Assembly: GCF_006345805.1 (NCBI RefSeq)
Contig: NC_043001.1
Location: 27,652,001-27,716,000, forward strand
Direction of reading: 5' to 3'
DNA: 64,000 nucleotides
From: Octopus sinensis
Lineage: Eukaryota
Part shown: piece after piece, positions 62,453 to 64,000 of the stretch
Layout: every line of letters starts with the position of its first letter
How positions within the stretch are numbered: position 1 is the first letter of the stretch
The notes under the pieces: generated by a model
What the model saw: the letters and a program-made list of their open reading frames with translations, nothing else
What the model was told of the DNA's origin: nothing
Database searches by the model: none
Made by a program: the position numbers and the translations under genes

Positions 62453-64000
62453 TTAAAGGTGAGTATGTGTCTCCACATGTCATGTATCAGCTGAATTTTT
62501 TTACCTACTGAAGTTGCAATTTCAGCTTGTTTAAATTAGTTATTAAATCCAATAGAAATGGCAGCTCCAAAGCCATTTGAGATTGCAAAATTCTGTGGTA
62601 GTCACACTTTATTTCTAAGATATGTAGTTATTTCTTCCTGCAGCGTATGTACTCTTTTTGGTATAATACCTGGCTATATGTTTTTATTTTGGGAACAACG
62701 AACTTTATTATATTTTTTTTTTAAGCTCAGATGTAGCTGTGTAGTTAAGAAGCTTGCTTCCAAACCACATGATTTTGAATTCATTTCTACTGTGTGGCAC
62801 CTTGGGCATTTGTCTTCTACTTTAGCCCTGGGTCGACCAAAATATTATGAGTAAGTTGGGTGGATGGGAACTGAAAGAAGTCTATTTTGTGTGTGTGTGT
62901 GTGTGTCTATGTTAGTGTTTATTGGCTTGCTTGGAAACAAGTGAGGGTTGGTGATACAAAGAGCATGTGGCCATAGATAAATCTACCTCAATAAACACTG
63001 TCCAATCTAGGCAAGTATGGAAAAGTGGATGTTAAAATGATGATGATAGTGATGAATACCCTGCCTTGTTTGCCCTCTAAATTTAGTGCATTTCAAATGA
63101 TTTATCTCAAAGCGCTGCTTCTTGTTGAATTCCTTATTTACAACAGCACTTCATGTAAAATTAAGCATATGGATTAACCAAAGTTGTTAACATACAAAGT
63201 ACTTTTCTGTCTGTATATCTTGGAAAGTATTCAGCATCAATCTTACTGTATTTTTTTGACATAATCCAACCCATGCCAGCATGGAAAATGGACGTTAAAT
63301 GATGATGATAATAGGTTTTGCTACCTAAACAGAAATTCATAAATCCCTCTAGCTTTAATTATAATTACTATTTTACTTTTACTCATTCAAATGGTAACAA
63401 ACAAATGCATTTGTTTAGCTTTAACATATTTTAAATATTTACTATTGTAAATATTAGTACATAACATAACAATTCTAATAGCTATCTATGTCTTATACTT
63501 AATGTATATACACTTTTAATATATCATTTACTGCAGCATTTGTCCTGAGATAACATCTCTTATGTGCTGTGTTAAAAAGACAACTATCAGAGGGAGATGA
63601 AATTTCATCCTAGCAGCTGCAGCAAGAATAGGTGCATTTTGGCCTTTTTATGCCATTTTCAATGGTAATTATTCAAAGCCAGCTATATAGTTGGATGTAT
63701 TTCAGGACAAATACTGCAGTAACTGGCCTATCAGCAACATATATACATTATGATACCTAGATGGTTATTTTGATTTAGTACTTCTTTAATTGAGCATACA
63801 AGATTTTTATTCAACTGGGTGACTGTTCATGACCTCAGCAAATGTTTTATTCACTGTTCCTATATTGGAGGCAACAAATTCTCATCTGAGCATGATGTTG
63901 GCTTTGAGTACATGTCATTGAAAGGGTCCAAAAAGGCTGCAATAAATCCAGCGTTTTTGCTAGCTGGTACAAATTTTCATCTCTCTGATATTTATTGCAT

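Overview
AT-rich eukaryotic (metazoan) genomic DNA. The repeat landscape (tRNA-derived SINEs, RTE-type LINE 3' ends with (GAT)n tails, very dense compound microsatellites) suggests a coleoid cephalopod, probably Octopus; this is an inference from recognised repeat types, not from a search. Most of the window is intronic or intergenic and packed with decayed mobile elements: several modular SINE families, many RTE fragments, two near-complete mariners, a Tc1/mariner deletion derivative, piggyBac-type and Merlin-like MITEs, a complete non-autonomous Helitron, a Helentron-like end, an R4/Dong-like RLE fragment, APE-LINE remnants and a ~1.6 kb Penelope-like ORF fossil. A CpG-rich island free of SINE and RTE copies at ~43.4-48.5 kb looks like a promoter domain, possibly bidirectional. 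It contains the only well-supported host coding exon (45241-45969, +, 243 codons, Ser/Thr-rich and low-complexity, ending at AG|GTAAGG); I cannot name the gene. The most notable non-obvious signals are a minimal type-I hammerhead ribozyme-like motif (10575-10619), a 167-bp RTE fold-back palindrome (50807-50973) and a 680-bp long-TIR MITE with an 8-bp TSD inside the conserved RTE-tail motif. I found no CRISPR array, rRNA or genuine tRNA gene, and I cannot support a wholly new multi-gene system. Almost all ORF-track entries are microsatellite or TE artefacts. All alignments were done by eye, so the boundaries of decayed elements are approximate.
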